NCBI GenBank assembly: GCA_009886035.1
Contig: VFJN01000084.1
Coordinates: 1 to 61,011, forward strand
Reading direction: 5' to 3'
DNA from: Actinomycetota bacterium
Lineage (GTDB): Bacteria > Actinomycetota > Acidimicrobiia > Acidimicrobiales > VFJN01
DNA: 61,011 nt
Shown: positions 28,306-37,549 of the stretch, piece by piece
How positions within the stretch are numbered: the stretch's first letter is position 1
Layout of the letters: the number at the start of each line of letters is the position of its first letter
The notes under the pieces: model-generated
What the model was told of the DNA's origin: nothing
Databases searched by the model: none
The model's input: the letters and a program-made list of their open reading frames with translations, nothing else
Made by a program: the position numbers and the translations under genes

Positions 28306-29199
28306 CTACCGCTGAGGTTCGGGGACCGTCGGGGCGGGGTGGTCGTGGAAGGATCGCTCCACCTCGTCCCACGTGAGGACCTCGCGTTCGGTGGGCACAT
28401 AGCCGCGGTTGCTGGCCTGCTCATGACGCGCCGCCCACCGGAAGAAGATCACCACGATGATCACCCACAAGAAACTCCCGCCCACCAGTTTCATGATGGC
28501 GCCCGCCGCTTGCTGATCGGTTACCACCGAAATGCCCCACATCCGCTCGGGGATGTCGTAGGTCTTGTACACGGCACCGGTGGCAAACACCATCCAGGCC
28601 CCCGGCACGGTCGGCACGAGTGATTGTATGAAGAGGTAGATCATCTGGCCCGGCAAGGAGATCCGCACCTCGGGGAACGGGCCGCACACCGGCATCCAAA
28701 ACAGCAGGGCTGACGCCACCAGGGCCGTGTGTACCCCGTAATGAAACAGCCCGTTGCTGGCGGCGGTGTTGACCACGATCGGGGCGTGCGACCCCAGGGT
28801 GAGCAAGGCCATGATCGCCCCCGCCGGCACTGGCCGGGCCAGCCGGTGAACGATCGTGTTCACACGGCCATTGCCCACCACGAGGCGGGCCAGCCACTCG
28901 GGAATGGCCATCAACATGGCCGCCGCCACCAGGAGGGTGAGAACGAGATGTTGGCTCATGTGCACGAGAAAGAGATAGCGCTCGGCCACATCGTGGACGG
29001 GCCAATCCGATGCGGCCCACAGCAGAAGGATTGCCATGGCGAACCAACACCACTGCGACCGACTGATGGCGGGGGTCCCAGCCGGAACGATCTTGGGCCC
29101 GATCACCAGCCCGGCGTAGAGATAGAGCCCGGTGATTCCGACCACCAGCAGCCACACTTCGGGGTGGGGCACCCAGGCGAGGAAATCGACCGGTGGCAT
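28306..29199 (-). CDS. ctaG: caa3-type cytochrome c oxidase assembly factor CtaG
   Basis: HMSQHL, DQQAAGAIM. Confidence 0.85.
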   Translation of the reverse strand: MPPVDFLAWVPHPEVWLLVVGITGLYLYAGLVIGPKIVPAGTPAISRSQWCWFAMAILLLWAASDWPVHDVAERYLFLVHMSQHLVLTLLVAAAMLMAIPEWLARLVVGNGRVNTIVHRLARPVPAGAIMALLTLGSHAPIVVNTAASNGLFHYGVHTALVASALLFWMPVCGPFPEVRISLPGQMIYLFIQSLVPTVPGAWMVFATGAVYKTYDIPERMWGISVVTDQQAAGAIMKLVGGSFLWVIIVVIFFRWAARHEQASNRGYVPTEREVLTWDEVERSFHDHPAPTVPEPQR

Positions 29200-29206
29200 C
29201 AGTGAC

Positions 29207-29560
29207 TCACCGGAGAATCTGGAGAAAGTCGCTGGAGAAAAAGCCGAAGGTGGTCAACATGACGCCGAACACCACCACGGAAAGGAAAAGGCCGAAGAGG
29301 AACACCCGGCGGAAGATCGGATTGTCGTACTTCAGATGCATGAAGTACCCGGCCACTATGAGGAACTTTACGATCATCATCGGCACCAGAATCCCTACCA
29401 ACAACGTGGTCGTGGCTTCTTCGATGAAGTAAGTGCCCACCTCGAGGACGGTGATGAAGGCGAGGATCAGCGTGATCTTCACGTACTGCGCGTCCGACGG
29501 CAGATCGTGACCGTGGCCGACGGGGGCTTCGGCGGGTTCGTTGTCGGTGATGGTGGTCAT
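29207..29560 (-). CDS. Cytochrome c oxidase subunit IV (caa3/prokaryotic type)
   Basis: KFLIVAGYFMHLKYD. Confidence 0.85.
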   Translation of the reverse strand: MTTITDNEPAEAPVGHGHDLPSDAQYVKITLILAFITVLEVGTYFIEEATTTLLVGILVPMMIVKFLIVAGYFMHLKYDNPIFRRVFLFGLFLSVVVFGVMLTTFGFFSSDFLQILR

Positions 29561-29576
29561 GAGATCGTCCTCGGGT

Positions 29577-30185
29577 TCAAGGGATCAGGTAGACGACGGT
29601 GAAAATGATAATCCACACGATGTCGACAAAGTGCCAGTACAGGCCAATTGTTTCAACCGTTTCCGACCGCTCCGGGCCCAGATTGCCCCGAAACGACATC
29701 ACCAGCATGGACATCAACATCACGATCCCCACACTCACGTGCACGCCGTGGAAGGCGGTGAGCGTGTAAAACGCCGAACCAAAGATGTTGGTGGTGTAGC
29801 CCAAGCCCTCTCGGTAGAAGGTAGTGAACTCGTACACCTGCCCGCCGATGAACACCGCCCCCAGCATGGCGGTAGTGCCCAGCCAGATGCGGTTGAGACG
29901 CACATCCCCGCGCATGAGGGACGACACCGCCAGGACCATCGTGAGCGAACTCATCAGTAGCACGAAGGTGCTGACCGAGGTGAAGGGGATGTCGAATAAT
30001 TCCTCGGGCGTGGGGCCACCCACACTGCGGTGACGGAGCAACAGGTAGGTGGAGATGAGGCTGCCGAACAGCAGGCAATCCGACCCTAAGTACACCCACA
30101 TGGCCAGTTTCGTGTTCGAAATACCCGTCGAGGTGGCGTGACCGTGGTCGGCCGCTCCCGGAGTTCCCAGCGCCGTGTCAGTCAC
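29577..30185 (-). CDS. ctaE: Cytochrome c oxidase subunit III
   Basis: LLMSS, FYTLTAFHGVHV, GLYWHFVD. Confidence 0.92.
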   Translation of the reverse strand: MTDTALGTPGAADHGHATSTGISNTKLAMWVYLGSDCLLFGSLISTYLLLRHRSVGGPTPEELFDIPFTSVSTFVLLMSSLTMVLAVSSLMRGDVRLNRIWLGTTAMLGAVFIGGQVYEFTTFYREGLGYTTNIFGSAFYTLTAFHGVHVSVGIVMLMSMLVMSFRGNLGPERSETVETIGLYWHFVDIVWIIIFTVVYLIP

Positions 30186-32187
30186 CGACGGTCACCTCTT
30201 CGCGCTCGGCGGCGGGAGCCGCATGGTCGTCATCGCCGTCATCGTGGCCATTGCCGTCGTGGCCGTGCGGGAGTTGGTCCTCATCGTCGCTCGGCTCCAA
30301 CGCCCAGCCCACCATCGAGCCGAGCAGTACCAGGCCGCCCACGAAGGAAATCGCGAGGTTGAAAATGAGGCCATAGCCAATGAGGGGGAAGGCGGTCGCC
30401 ATGACGATCGGCCAGTAGGACGGCGCCGGCAGATGGGCCCGAGAGCCATCGCCGATCATGGCGATCTCTTCGGGCTCGTGCACCTTTACCACCCGACCGG
30501 TTTCGTCGGCCTGGTACTTGCGGTGCCACCAATCATCAAAGTGCACCACCACCGGATCGTCGTCGAAGTTGTGCTCCGGGGTAGGCGAGGGAACGCTCCA
30601 CTCCAGGCTGCGGCCATCCCAGGGATCCGGTCCGGGCGCCGACTGCAGGTGAGCCCCCCGCTTCGAGCGGGCAATGTTCACGAAGAAGATCAGAACGCTC
30701 AGCGCAATGATGAACGCCCCGATGGTGGAGACAAAGTTCCAGAAATTGAAGCCGTACCCATCGCGATACGTCTGGATCCGGCGGTTCATTCCCTGCAGGC
30801 CCAAGATGTGCATAGGGCCGAAGGTGAGGTTGAAGCCCACCAGCGTCAACCAAAAATGCACCTTGCCTAGTTTGTCGTCGAGGAAATAGCCGAACACCTT
30901 CGGCCACCAGAAGTAGAAGCCGCCGAGGAAGCCGAAGAGGGCCCCACCAAAGATCACATAGTGGAAGTGGGCCACGATGTAATACGTGTCGGTTTGTTGC
31001 GTATCAGCGGGGGCCACGGCGTGGGTTACCCCGGACAGACCACCGATGGTGAACATCGCTACCAGCCCGATCGAGAACAACAAGGGGGTGGTGAAGCTGA
31101 TCTTCCCGCCCCACAGCGTGGCCATCCAGTTCAAGATCTTTACCCCGGTGGGCACGGCAATGAACATGGTGGACACCGAGAACGCCGCTACCGAGATTGG
31201 ACCGAGACCGGAGGCGAACATGTGGTGAGCCCACACGCCCCAGCCCATGAACCCGATGGCGATACCCGAGAACACCATGAAGGGGTAACCGAAGATCGGC
31301 TTCCGGGAAAACACCGGGATGATCTCCGAGACGATGCCAAAGGCAGGAAGGATGAGGATGTAGACCTCGGGATGTCCGAAAATCCAGAAGAGGTGCTCCC
31401 AGAGCAGTGGGTCTGCCCCCTGCTGCACGTTGAAGAAGTTGGCGCCGAAGAGTCGGTCGAAGGTGAGCAGGAAAAGCGCCACGGAGATCACCGGCACGGC
31501 AAAGATGAGAAGCACCTGGGTGACCAGGCTCATCCAGGTGAACACCGGCAACTTCATCATCGTCATACCCGGGGCCCGCATGTTGAGCACGGTGACCACG
31601 AGGTTGACACCACCCACCAGCGAGGCGATGCCGGTGATCTGCAGGCCGATGGCGTAGAAGTCCATGCCGTGGCTGGGTGAGAAGATGACGCCGGTGTTGG
31701 GGGCGTAGGCAAACCATCCGCCGTCGGCGCCACCGCCGAGGAACCAGGAGGTGTTGAGGAAGATTCCGCCGAAAATGAACGTCCAGAAACTCAGGGCGTT
31801 GAGGCGGGGGAAGGCCACATCACGAGCCCCGATCTGCAGCGGCATGAGATAGTTCATGAAGGCGGCGCCCATCGGCATCACCACCAAGAAAATCATCGTG
31901 ACGCCGTGCATCGTGAACACCTGGTTGTACAGGGCCGCCGACAGAAGTTTCTGACCGGGCGCCGCCAATTGCGCCCGAATGGCTAGCGCTTCGATGCCAC
32001 CGATCACGAAGAAGAAGAGCGACGACGCTCCGTACATGATGCCGATCTTCTTGTGATCCACCGTGGACACCCAGGAGCGCCACCCAGTTTTGGCCCGGGG
32101 CCGGCTGAACACACCCATCGGGGCGCGAGCCACTCCGGCCCCCGGGGGAAGGGCAAGAATATCTGAGGACCGTTCAATAATCGCCAT
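30178..32187 (-). CDS. ctaD: Cytochrome c oxidase subunit I (A1 type, intact)
   Basis: TMHG, DVAFPRLN, GHPEVY, WAHH, GVK, AHFH, RR; two extra C-terminal helices. Confidence 0.97.
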   Translation of the reverse strand: MAIIERSSDILALPPGAGVARAPMGVFSRPRAKTGWRSWVSTVDHKKIGIMYGASSLFFFVIGGIEALAIRAQLAAPGQKLLSAALYNQVFTMHGVTMIFLVVMPMGAAFMNYLMPLQIGARDVAFPRLNALSFWTFIFGGIFLNTSWFLGGGADGGWFAYAPNTGVIFSPSHGMDFYAIGLQITGIASLVGGVNLVVTVLNMRAPGMTMMKLPVFTWMSLVTQVLLIFAVPVISVALFLLTFDRLFGANFFNVQQGADPLLWEHLFWIFGHPEVYILILPAFGIVSEIIPVFSRKPIFGYPFMVFSGIAIGFMGWGVWAHHMFASGLGPISVAAFSVSTMFIAVPTGVKILNWMATLWGGKISFTTPLLFSIGLVAMFTIGGLSGVTHAVAPADTQQTDTYYIVAHFHYVIFGGALFGFLGGFYFWWPKVFGYFLDDKLGKVHFWLTLVGFNLTFGPMHILGLQGMNRRIQTYRDGYGFNFWNFVSTIGAFIIALSVLIFFVNIARSKRGAHLQSAPGPDPWDGRSLEWSVPSPTPEHNFDDDPVVVHFDDWWHRKYQADETGRVVKVHEPEEIAMIGDGSRAHLPAPSYWPIVMATAFPLIGYGLIFNLAISFVGGLVLLGSMVGWALEPSDDEDQLPHGHDGNGHDDGDDDHAAPAAEREEVTVGD

Positions 32188-32194
32188 CGGGGGG

Positions 32195-33319
32195 TTACTC
32201 CAGCGTTCTCAGGTAGGCGACGAGGGCATCAATCTGTGACTCAGTAAGTTGAAGGTTCGGCATACCGCGCCCACCCTGGGGATACATCGGCTTCTCGGCG
32301 GGCGGATTGCGGAGCCACTTTTTGACGTCGGCAACATTGAAAATCTTACCGATCTCTTCGGTATCCACCTCCCCGTTTACGTTGGTATCAAGCCAAAGAT
32401 CGAAAATGGAGCCCGCAAATACACCACGACTGGCGAAGTGCGTGAGATTCGGAGCCGCTCCACTCACCTGGGCAGTGCCTTTGTAGATATCGGCATCCCC
32501 GCCCGGCCCGCTCGCGAGGTGACAGCCCGAGCAGGAGATGCGGAACTGCTCGAGGCCCTTCTTAGCCAATGCCTCCTGCGGCACGTCGGCACCGGTGAGT
32601 TGGTTGTCCTGCCATGTCTTGTAGTCGGCGGCGGCCAAGGCGACCACTCGCATTCGCATGTACGAATGGGAAAGACCACAGAACTCGCTGCACTGGCCTC
32701 GGTACACCCCGGGCTCGTCGGCTTCGATGGTGAGCGGCTGGGCCCGTCCGGGAACGGCGTCACGCTTGCCGTTGAGGGCGGGAATCCAGAAGGAGTGGAT
32801 CACGTCACGCGACTGGATGGTGAGAGCGATGGGTTGGCCGACCGGGATCACCAGATCATTTGCCGTGATGATGTCGTCTTCGCCGTCACCATCTACGTCG
32901 TAGCGATACTCCCACCACCACTGCTGACCAATCACCGTGACCTCTTGGGCATCGGCAGGCGTATCGGCGAGATCAAACAGGGTGAACACCGAGGCGGCCC
33001 CCACGCCGGCAAGCACCAGCGCCGGGAGAATGGTCCAGCCGATTTCGAGTTTGAAGTTGCCATGGTGCTGGACCGGAAGGCTGTCGTCGTCTTTACGCCG
33101 ACGGAACTTGATGGCCAGGAACAGCACGCCAAACTCCACCAGCACGAACACCACCGCCGCGATGGCGAAAACGGGCACGACCAGGTTCTGGATGGCGTCG
33201 GCCTCCGGCCCCTTGGGGTTCAGAGAGTCGAGCGGAGCATCGGTGGCACAGGCTCCGAGCGCCAGAAGGATCGGCACTCCCAGCAGCGCCTTCACGAGAC
33301 CAGAGTTACGTAGCTTCAT
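32195..33319 (-). CDS. ctaC: Cytochrome c oxidase subunit II with a fused cytochrome c
   Basis: Lipobox LGAC; DVIHSFW, CSEFCGLSHSYM (CuA); CSGCH...GMP. Confidence 0.93.
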   Translation of the reverse strand: MKLRNSGLVKALLGVPILLALGACATDAPLDSLNPKGPEADAIQNLVVPVFAIAAVVFVLVEFGVLFLAIKFRRRKDDDSLPVQHHGNFKLEIGWTILPALVLAGVGAASVFTLFDLADTPADAQEVTVIGQQWWWEYRYDVDGDGEDDIITANDLVIPVGQPIALTIQSRDVIHSFWIPALNGKRDAVPGRAQPLTIEADEPGVYRGQCSEFCGLSHSYMRMRVVALAAADYKTWQDNQLTGADVPQEALAKKGLEQFRISCSGCHLASGPGGDADIYKGTAQVSGAAPNLTHFASRGVFAGSIFDLWLDTNVNGEVDTEEIGKIFNVADVKKWLRNPPAEKPMYPQGGRGMPNLQLTESQIDALVAYLRTLE

Positions 33320-34164
33320 CAACCCTCTCCCTCCGGGACGGTGGTCGTCGTGCTCTTGTTGGTGCCCGGCGGAATAAAGGCCTTGTTGCCGGTCCCCGTG
33401 TCTTCGTTGGTGGACTCGTTGGGCGCTTCGGTCACCCGTTCGCCGCGCGACGCCGCCCCCACCCCCGCCACCCCGACACCGATTGCCATGATCACCAGCA
33501 CCCCAGCAATCAAGTTGGGCGACAACGTGGGGCGGCTGGCGAACAGGATGCCCACCAACAGGATGACCGCACCCAGGCCCATCGCCACCGCTACCGCCCC
33601 CAACACCGACGAGGTGAGCAGCAGCCGCGAGAACGCCCCCACCGCACCGCCCACGATGAGAATCCCCACGATCGGGATCTCCAGCGGAGCCATGAAACGG
33701 TTTCGGATCATCCGGTTGGCCGCCGGGTCCCCGGTGGCCCGATCGGACCAGTCGCGCACCATCCACTCGATGAGCACGGCCAGCAGGAGAAAGAGTCCGA
33801 CCACGAACATCACATTGCTCACCACCAGACCCAGCAGGATCAAACCAGCGCCAAAGGCTCCGACCGCGGGCTCAAAGGCTCGTCCGGCCGGAACGGCCTC
33901 GGCGGGGGCGGTCTCCATGCCGGCCAGTTCCGCCAATGCGTTGGACTCGGCGTCGCGGGTGGCCACCGCCACCAGACCCAGGAAGATGCCCAACAGACCA
34001 AAGGACACCAGCAGCGTGTAGCCGAGGTGATCCCCGACACCCCCGTTGTAGCCCGCCGTCACCGGGCCGAGGCCAGTGCCGCCGGTGGTCCACCCATAGA
34101 GAGCCGCCAGGAACAGCGAGAATGCGCCGATGCCGAGAAACGTCTTGGACCCAGTGGTGAACAT
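33319..34164 (-). CDS. CtaF-like membrane protein with a C-terminal extension
   Basis: N-terminal half resembles actinobacterial CtaF helix pattern; coupled to ctaC. Confidence 0.55.
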   Translation of the reverse strand: MFTTGSKTFLGIGAFSLFLAALYGWTTGGTGLGPVTAGYNGGVGDHLGYTLLVSFGLLGIFLGLVAVATRDAESNALAELAGMETAPAEAVPAGRAFEPAVGAFGAGLILLGLVVSNVMFVVGLFLLLAVLIEWMVRDWSDRATGDPAANRMIRNRFMAPLEIPIVGILIVGGAVGAFSRLLLTSSVLGAVAVAMGLGAVILLVGILFASRPTLSPNLIAGVLVIMAIGVGVAGVGAASRGERVTEAPNESTNEDTGTGNKAFIPPGTNKSTTTTVPEGEG

Positions 34165-34179
34165 TGCAGGAAACCCTCG

Positions 34180-34791
34180 CTACTTTGTGATGTAGATGCC
34201 GTACCAAATGACGACGTAGACGGCGATGATGGCGAACCAGTAGAGGGCCGCCGCGCTCATACCCTCGGCGTCACGACCAGTGAGCTGACCACCCAGGGCT
34301 TGGAACCCCATGACGGCAATAAACAGCATGCCCACCACCACCATCAACAGGTGGGTAGCGGTGACGATGTAGAGCAGCGTTCCGGCGGTGGAGGCGGTGA
34401 CCCCCATGGCCAACTGTTGGTAGAGGTAAACGGTGGAGTTGATGAAGGCGACGCCGAGGAGCAGCGTGAGCCCAAGAGCCACGTAGGCGTTGGGGCGATC
34501 ATCGTTGCGGAGGGAATAGACCGCCCAACTGATCGTCACCGCCGACATGGCCAGCGTGACCATTCCCATGCTTCCCGGCGTGAGCGGCAGCACAACGCCC
34601 TCGGGGAAGGTGGCATCGCCGGCGGACGCCAGCTGACCCCGCACCTGCAGGTAGACCGCCAATTCCGCCGCCACGAGGAGGACTGACGCCGCCGCACCGA
34701 ACGCGGCCCCCACGAAGAGCACGCGCGGCCGACGGGGCGGCGCGCTCGGGGCATTGATGAGGGGATTTTGGGCGACCGGAGCGGTGCTCAT
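34180..34791 (-). CDS. Degenerate subunit III paralog
   Basis: Five-TM layout parallel to CtaE (TLAMS, LYIVTATH, ALYW) with HxxH and YWHFVD eroded. Confidence 0.75.
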   Translation of the reverse strand: MSTAPVAQNPLINAPSAPPRRPRVLFVGAAFGAAASVLLVAAELAVYLQVRGQLASAGDATFPEGVVLPLTPGSMGMVTLAMSAVTISWAVYSLRNDDRPNAYVALGLTLLLGVAFINSTVYLYQQLAMGVTASTAGTLLYIVTATHLLMVVVGMLFIAVMGFQALGGQLTGRDAEGMSAAALYWFAIIAVYVVIWYGIYITK

Positions 34792-36425
34792 TGAGCGGAA
34801 GCCTCCTGGTGACGGGCGTCGTAGAGCGGCGCCTCCGACGTAATCTCGGGGAGGCTGGGGAAATTCCCCGCCGGCGGTGGAGAAGACGTAGCCCACTCGA
34901 GCGTATGGCCCGACCAGGGATCATCGCCCACCCCCTCGTGGCCCCGAATCGCCTGAACCACCAGGCCGAGGAACCCGAGGAACCCGAGGGCAAGGAACAA
35001 ACCCCCCGCCAGCGACACCGCGTTGAGGCCTTCGATCGCGGTGACGTTCTCGGCCACCGGACCCGGGATGTCGCCACCCTGGCCCAGTAGCCCGGAGACC
35101 AAATCGGGGAAGCTCCAGAGCACTGTGCCCACCAACAGGAGCGCCGCAACCCCGCGAGCGGCCCCCTCTCGCAAGCCGCGCCCGATCAATTTAGGGGCCC
35201 AGAACGTGATGCCCCCCAGAAGCGCAATGGCGAGCGACAACAGCACGTACGACGCCACCGCGGTGGTCCATGACGTGCCGTAGAGCGAAGTGGCGGGCCC
35301 GTCGACCAGCGTTTTGATCGGCTCGATGGCTTGCACCGCCCCCGCCAACAGCCCCACCAGCAGCATCAGCAGCGCCGACGCGGCAAAGAGCAACGGGCTG
35401 GCCAGGGTGACCTGTCCGTTCCGAAGGGTGACCGCCCACAATCCCACCAACGCCAGGACGGGGATCAGAATAAGGAAGGACACCGCCACCCAAGGCAGTT
35501 GGTAGAGCCACGGAGTGCTCGCGCCGACGAAACTGGGCAGGGCCCAGCCCCCGATGACCAAGGCGCCCACGGCGGCGATGGCGGTGCGGGCGAAGCGGTG
35601 CAGGTGATGTCGGGTGGCGCTAAGGACGGGCACCACCGTGGCGATGAACCCGAGCACCGGAAGAGCGAAGGCGTAGACCGCCGGCGGGCCGAAGACCCAG
35701 CTGATGCGGGCGTAAATGCTGGCGCTGTCTTCGCCGAGGTAGCGCACAAAGACGTAGGTGATCACCAACATGGCCACCAACACGGGCAGGGTGAGCAGCC
35801 AAACGGCGCCCGCTATCAAAACCGACCAGGAAAATAGAGGGGTGCGGGCCAGCGTCATACCCGGGGCCCGCAGGGTGACGACCGTGGTCATGATGCAGAT
35901 CCACGCCAGCAGTTCCGAGACGACCACCAACCCGAGGCCCGCCACAAAAAGCCGCACACCGTCGAGACTCGTGCCGAAGGGCCCACCGTCGATCGAATAG
36001 GCCCCGATGACGAGACCACTTCCCACGAGGTAACCCCACACGGCGGCGGCGGCGGCCCGGGGGAAGGCAATTGTGGAGGCCCCCACCTGGAGGGGGACGA
36101 TCACGGTGGCGAGGCCGATCGTGATCGGTAAGAGCACGAGGAAGGTGCCCCCGATCGCTCGATACGTGACGATCTGGGAGAACCAGTCGCTCGGACTATC
36201 GGTGAGTTTGGTGAGGCCAGCCAGGTCGAGGCGCATGGCGGCGACATAGAGCGACGCTCCCAGTACGAGCAGCAACTGCGCCAGGGCGGCCACGATCCAA
36301 AGCCGCCCCACCAGCTTGTGGTCGCCCGACGACAGTACGGCCACGAGCCCGGAGGGGGACGAGGCGGGGGTACTGGGCGCTGGGGCCACCAGTTCGGAGA
36401 CCGGAGCGTCTTCTGTGACGGTCAT
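34788..36425 (-). CDS. Cofactor-less heme-copper oxidase subunit I paralog
   Basis: Keeps DHK, PLQVGA..AFPR, RAPGMT, WVFGxPxVY, FWAPK, DPW.G..LEW; all six metal His replaced. Confidence 0.85.
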   Translation of the reverse strand: MTVTEDAPVSELVAPAPSTPASSPSGLVAVLSSGDHKLVGRLWIVAALAQLLLVLGASLYVAAMRLDLAGLTKLTDSPSDWFSQIVTYRAIGGTFLVLLPITIGLATVIVPLQVGASTIAFPRAAAAAVWGYLVGSGLVIGAYSIDGGPFGTSLDGVRLFVAGLGLVVVSELLAWICIMTTVVTLRAPGMTLARTPLFSWSVLIAGAVWLLTLPVLVAMLVITYVFVRYLGEDSASIYARISWVFGPPAVYAFALPVLGFIATVVPVLSATRHHLHRFARTAIAAVGALVIGGWALPSFVGASTPWLYQLPWVAVSFLILIPVLALVGLWAVTLRNGQVTLASPLLFAASALLMLLVGLLAGAVQAIEPIKTLVDGPATSLYGTSWTTAVASYVLLSLAIALLGGITFWAPKLIGRGLREGAARGVAALLLVGTVLWSFPDLVSGLLGQGGDIPGPVAENVTAIEGLNAVSLAGGLFLALGFLGFLGLVVQAIRGHEGVGDDPWSGHTLEWATSSPPPAGNFPSLPEITSEAPLYDARHQEASAQ

Positions 36426-36456
36426 GCAAGCACCTGGGAGAAGGGAACGATCCAGA

Positions 36457-36474
36457 TTGCGAATCTAGTCACAT
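36457..36474. promoter_or_regulatory. Rex/CRP-like operator over a -10 (TAGATT) upstream of the oxidase operon
   Basis: Minus strand ATGTGACTAGATTCGCAA = TGTGA-N6-TCGCA. Confidence 0.6.
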
Positions 36475-36511
36475 GGACCTCCGCCGTTCGAACTGTGCGA
36501 GCCATCGACCA

Positions 36512-37456
36512 TCACCATCCGAAACGCAGCAACTGATCCAGGGCCATGGCCACGAACAGAAGGGTGAGGTAGGTGATCGACCAAGTAAAGAGGCGCATCG
36601 CCGTGGAGCGGATCTCCGGCTCGCTCGATCCGCCCGCCGCCGGGCCGGATCGCTCCACCCGATTGGCCAGGGTGAGCAACCGCAGTGCGTGGTAGGTGAA
36701 AACCGCCCCCAGCACGACGGCCGAGCCGAGGTACACCAGCCCCATGTCGCCTATCGGGGTAAAAACGAGCGTGATGGCCCAGAGAAAAAGCGTGTAAGCC
36801 AAGATTCGCTCCGCCGTGCGCTTGAGATTCACCACCGACGGCAGCATTGGCACATCCGCCGCCGTGTAGTCGTCCCGGTAGCGGATGGCGAGGGCCCAGA
36901 AGTGCGGAGGCGTCCAGTAGAAGACGATGGCGAAGAGGACCACGGGCTCCCAGCCGAGACTGTCGGTTACCGCACTCCACCCGATGAGGACCGGAGCGGC
37001 GCCGGCCGCCCCCCCGATGACAATGTTGTGGGTCGAGGTGCGCTTCAGCCACAACGTGTAGACGAACACGTAGAAAAGACAGGCAGCCACGGCGAGCGCC
37101 GCACTCAGCAAGTTCACCGTGGCCCACAGGAACAAGAAGGCCAGGATCTCCAAGCCGATGGCGAAGATCAAGGCGGATCGGGGCGTCAGCGCCCCGGTGA
37201 CCAGCGGCCGGTTCTTGGTGCGCTCCATGAGGGAATCGATGTCGCGGTCGACGTACATGTTGATGGCGTTGGCGCCACCGGCCGCCAGGGTGCCCCCCAG
37301 CACGGTGCAGACCATCAACCACAGCGGCGGCATACCCTGCTCAGCCACCACCATCGTGGGGACGGTGGTCACCAGCAGCAGCTCGATGATCCTCGGCTTG
37401 GTGAGCGCCACGTAGGCGCGGATGCGCGCAGCAGGAGAGAGGACAACGGCGGACAC
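36512..37456 (-). CDS. ctaB: Protoheme IX farnesyltransferase (heme O synthase)
   Basis: LTKPRII, NMYVDRDID..MERTKNRP, WTPPHFWAL. Confidence 0.95.
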   Translation of the reverse strand: MSAVVLSPAARIRAYVALTKPRIIELLLVTTVPTMVVAEQGMPPLWLMVCTVLGGTLAAGGANAINMYVDRDIDSLMERTKNRPLVTGALTPRSALIFAIGLEILAFLFLWATVNLLSAALAVAACLFYVFVYTLWLKRTSTHNIVIGGAAGAAPVLIGWSAVTDSLGWEPVVLFAIVFYWTPPHFWALAIRYRDDYTAADVPMLPSVVNLKRTAERILAYTLFLWAITLVFTPIGDMGLVYLGSAVVLGAVFTYHALRLLTLANRVERSGPAAGGSSEPEIRSTAMRLFTWSITYLTLLFVAMALDQLLRFGW

Positions 37457-37549
37457 GACGGGTAAGGCTAGGGCTGCCCGTGGCCACGGGGCGAACCCTG
37501 AGAGCCGCTGGCTGGAGCCGCTGGGTCTGTGGTCCGTAGCCTGGGGATC

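Noticed and set aside
34788-36425. Calling this a cbb3 oxidase, NO reductase or plain pseudogene
   Set aside because: Active heme-copper superfamily members keep the six His; this ORF is intact, coupled and A-family-like, so neither label fits.
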